A stretch of DNA of 8,550 bases, taken from positions 1 through 8,550 of the forward strand of contig JBJCIZ010000593.1 of NCBI GenBank assembly GCA_051294375.1. Reading direction: 5' to 3'. Numbering within the stretch: position 1 is the first letter of the stretch; every line of letters starts with the position of its first letter. Below the pieces are notes generated by a model. That model was not told the DNA's origin. It was given only the letters and a program-made list of their open reading frames with translations, and made no database searches. Below, piece by piece: positions 7,083 through 8,550 of the stretch. Source of the DNA: Paraspadella gotoi. Its lineage: Eukaryota; Animalia; Chaetognatha. The position numbers were made by a program, and so were the translations under genes.

Positions 7083-7167
7083 TCCCACTTCTTAACTTAG
7101 AAACAGAAAAATCGTTGACTCCAAATTCGCAATGCAAATTCTGGCGGAAGTAAAGGGGAGTGGCCCG

Positions 7168-7200
<33 letters not shown>

Positions 7201-7207
7201 TTCTCTC
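7168..7207. repeat. (TC)n microsatellite
   Basis: Seen directly; interrupted towards the 3' end. Confidence 0.95.
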
Positions 7208-7308
7208 ATTTGTTTAATTAGTGTTTGGAGTTTAATACTACATAACTTTCTATTAAAGCGACGACAAGTCCCACTAACATGGAGAGGACAGGTACTGGAA
7301 CCTTAAAC

Positions 7309-7367
7309 AGTAAAAACATTAAATTTAACTTAAATCAAAATTCTAAAAGTGCGGAATGAACAACGTT
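7309..7367 (+). repeat. Dispersed ~58-bp diverged copy of 5819-5876 (terminal part of the palindromic element)
   Basis: agtaaaaacattaaat-ttaacttaaatcaaaattctaaaagtgcggaatgaacaac against agtaaaaattttaaatgttaactttaatt-aaatt-taaaagtgaggaacgaacaac. Confidence 0.65.
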
Positions 7368-7375
7368 GTACTAAC

Positions 7376-7475
7376 TAGGCGTCAAAAAAACGGTTAATTT
7401 AAAAAAAAAATAATTAATGGTTAAAAAGCTAAAATTTGACCGGTTAACCGTTAAAATCGGTTAATTTCCCAACTA
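7376..7475. repeat. Short element with repeated (C)GGTTAA units, possible MITE remnant
   Basis: cggttaa at 7391, 7441 and 7458, plus tggttaa and ccgttaa variants; includes the palindrome cggttaaccg and has TAG...CTA ends. Confidence 0.35.
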
Positions 7476-7676
7476 TCATTATAATGATAAAACTAAGTAA
7501 CAAAAAATATTTAATTAACTTTTTATAATTAAATTTGTCTGTTCCCCGTTATTTTAAAGAGGGAAATTTCTTTACTTTTTTATGCGAAAAGTTAGCCTTC
7601 TTCAATGAGACAATGCGAGAGAAAGAGAGAGAAAAAAAAAACAAGTTTGAGCAAACAATGTCGGATCTGCCTACGA

Positions 7677-7732
7677 TAATTAATTAATTAATTAATTAAT
7701 TAATTAATTAATAGATTAATTAATTAATTAAT
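7677..7732. repeat. (TAAT)n microsatellite
   Basis: Nine perfect units at 7677-7712, a short interruption, then further units. Confidence 0.95.
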
Positions 7733-7853
7733 TTTAATATTTAATTATAATTTATATTCAGCTTGTCATCATCGATGTCATTGAGTCAGGAGAGTTATTA
7801 AATGTTTTGTTTACATTTTATCAAAACAAACAAATATCCTTTATTTTATTATG

Positions 7854-7938
7854 TCTCCTTCTCTCTCTCTCTTCTCTCTCTCTCACTCTCTCTCTCTCTC
7901 TCAACTCTCTCTCTTTGTCTCTCTCTCTCTCTCTCTCT
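7854..7938. repeat. Interrupted (CT)n microsatellite
   Basis: Seen directly. Confidence 0.95.
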
Positions 7939-8007
7939 TTTATGCAATTACGACGATCCTTTATGCTTTTAAGATTTTTTTAAACTTGTATCATTTTTCA
8001 ACTTGCA

Positions 8008-8437
8008 TTCCGTCAAAACTTTATATCTAGCTTCTTCACTCAACTTTCCTACCGGCTCACAAAATTTCATCTCAATCTATCAATGGTTAAAATAATAAAA
8101 GATTCAAGTAAATGTAACTCATATTTTTTTGATTTAAACTCATTTCCACTGGTACGTTTCCACCGAAACTTTATATCAAGCTTCGTCACACATTATCCTA
8201 CCCACACACAAAATTTCAACTCAGTCTATCCATCCAATTATGATTAATTAGAGTATTTATTGGTTAAAATAAGTAAAAAGATTTTAGTAAATGCGACTTA
8301 TGTTTTTTCCATTTGAACTAATTTTCACTCACACGATTCCATCAAAACTTTATATCCAGCTTTATCACACACTTTCCTACCCACACACAAAATTTAATTC
8401 CAATCCAACCAGCCAATCACGAGTTATTGGAGCTTTT
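8008..8437 (+). repeat. Diverged tandem repeat, about 2.5 units of 150-179 bp
   Basis: Anchor aaactttatatcNagctt at 8016, 8166 and 8345, each followed by tcctacc...cacaaaattt. The block tggttaaaataa...aaaagatt..agtaaatg occurs in units 1 and 2. Unit 1 lacks about 29 nt present in unit 2. Confidence 0.88.
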
Positions 8438-8550
8438 TGCTAAGGTGGGACGGATGGACAGATTGATTGACTAACTGATTAATTATTTGATTAATTTATT
8501 TACTAATTATTTAATTAGCTGATTAATTATTTGATTTATTAATACATCCT
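8008..8550 (+). mobile_element. Possible non-autonomous Helitron/Helentron (DINE-1/Lep1-like) element
   Basis: Tandem units carry caaaatttca..tc.atc...cc motifs and end in ggacggatggacagattgattgactaactgatt, a degenerate tetranucleotide microsatellite. This layout recalls DINE-1/Lep1 families. Termini not identified. Confidence 0.45.

Noticed and set aside
7018-7209. 63-aa minus ORF MREREKERERE...
   Set aside because: Translation of the (GA)n microsatellite and the G-rich tract.
8008-8437. Regularly spaced repeats as a CRISPR-like array
   Set aside because: The sequence between anchors is also homologous, the period is 150-179 bp, the context is eukaryotic and no cas genes are present.

Overview
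Eukaryotic, AT-rich (probably invertebrate) genomic DNA. Bases 1-5371 hold a near full-length Ty3/Gypsy LTR retrotransposon on the minus strand with the marks of the CsRn1/Kabuki/Boudicca clade. These are ~253-bp TG...CA LTRs (the 3' LTR is cut by the window edge), a degenerate tRNA-Trp PBS, Gag with a C-x2-H-x9-C-x3-C knuckle, a GGGAAAC -1 frameshift site with a downstream stem, PR-RT-RNaseH-IN pol, a G8 PPT and no env. The frameshifts in gag and RT and the LTR-LTR differences are almost all single-base indels in simple runs, which points to consensus error in a young element. Less usual features are an AT-hook/SPxR tail on integrase that reads into the LTR, a ~630-nt GC-rich region upstream of gag that may be coding, and clustered nuclear-receptor half-sites in U3. 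The flank (5372-8550) is non-coding. It contains a ~610-bp diverged full-length palindrome bounded by TA (MITE-like) that splits a GC-richer island, a C-rich/G4-prone tract, microsatellites, and a DINE-1/Helentron-like tandem-repeat element. I see no convincing host gene and no wholly new system; the novel points are variations on known TE biology.
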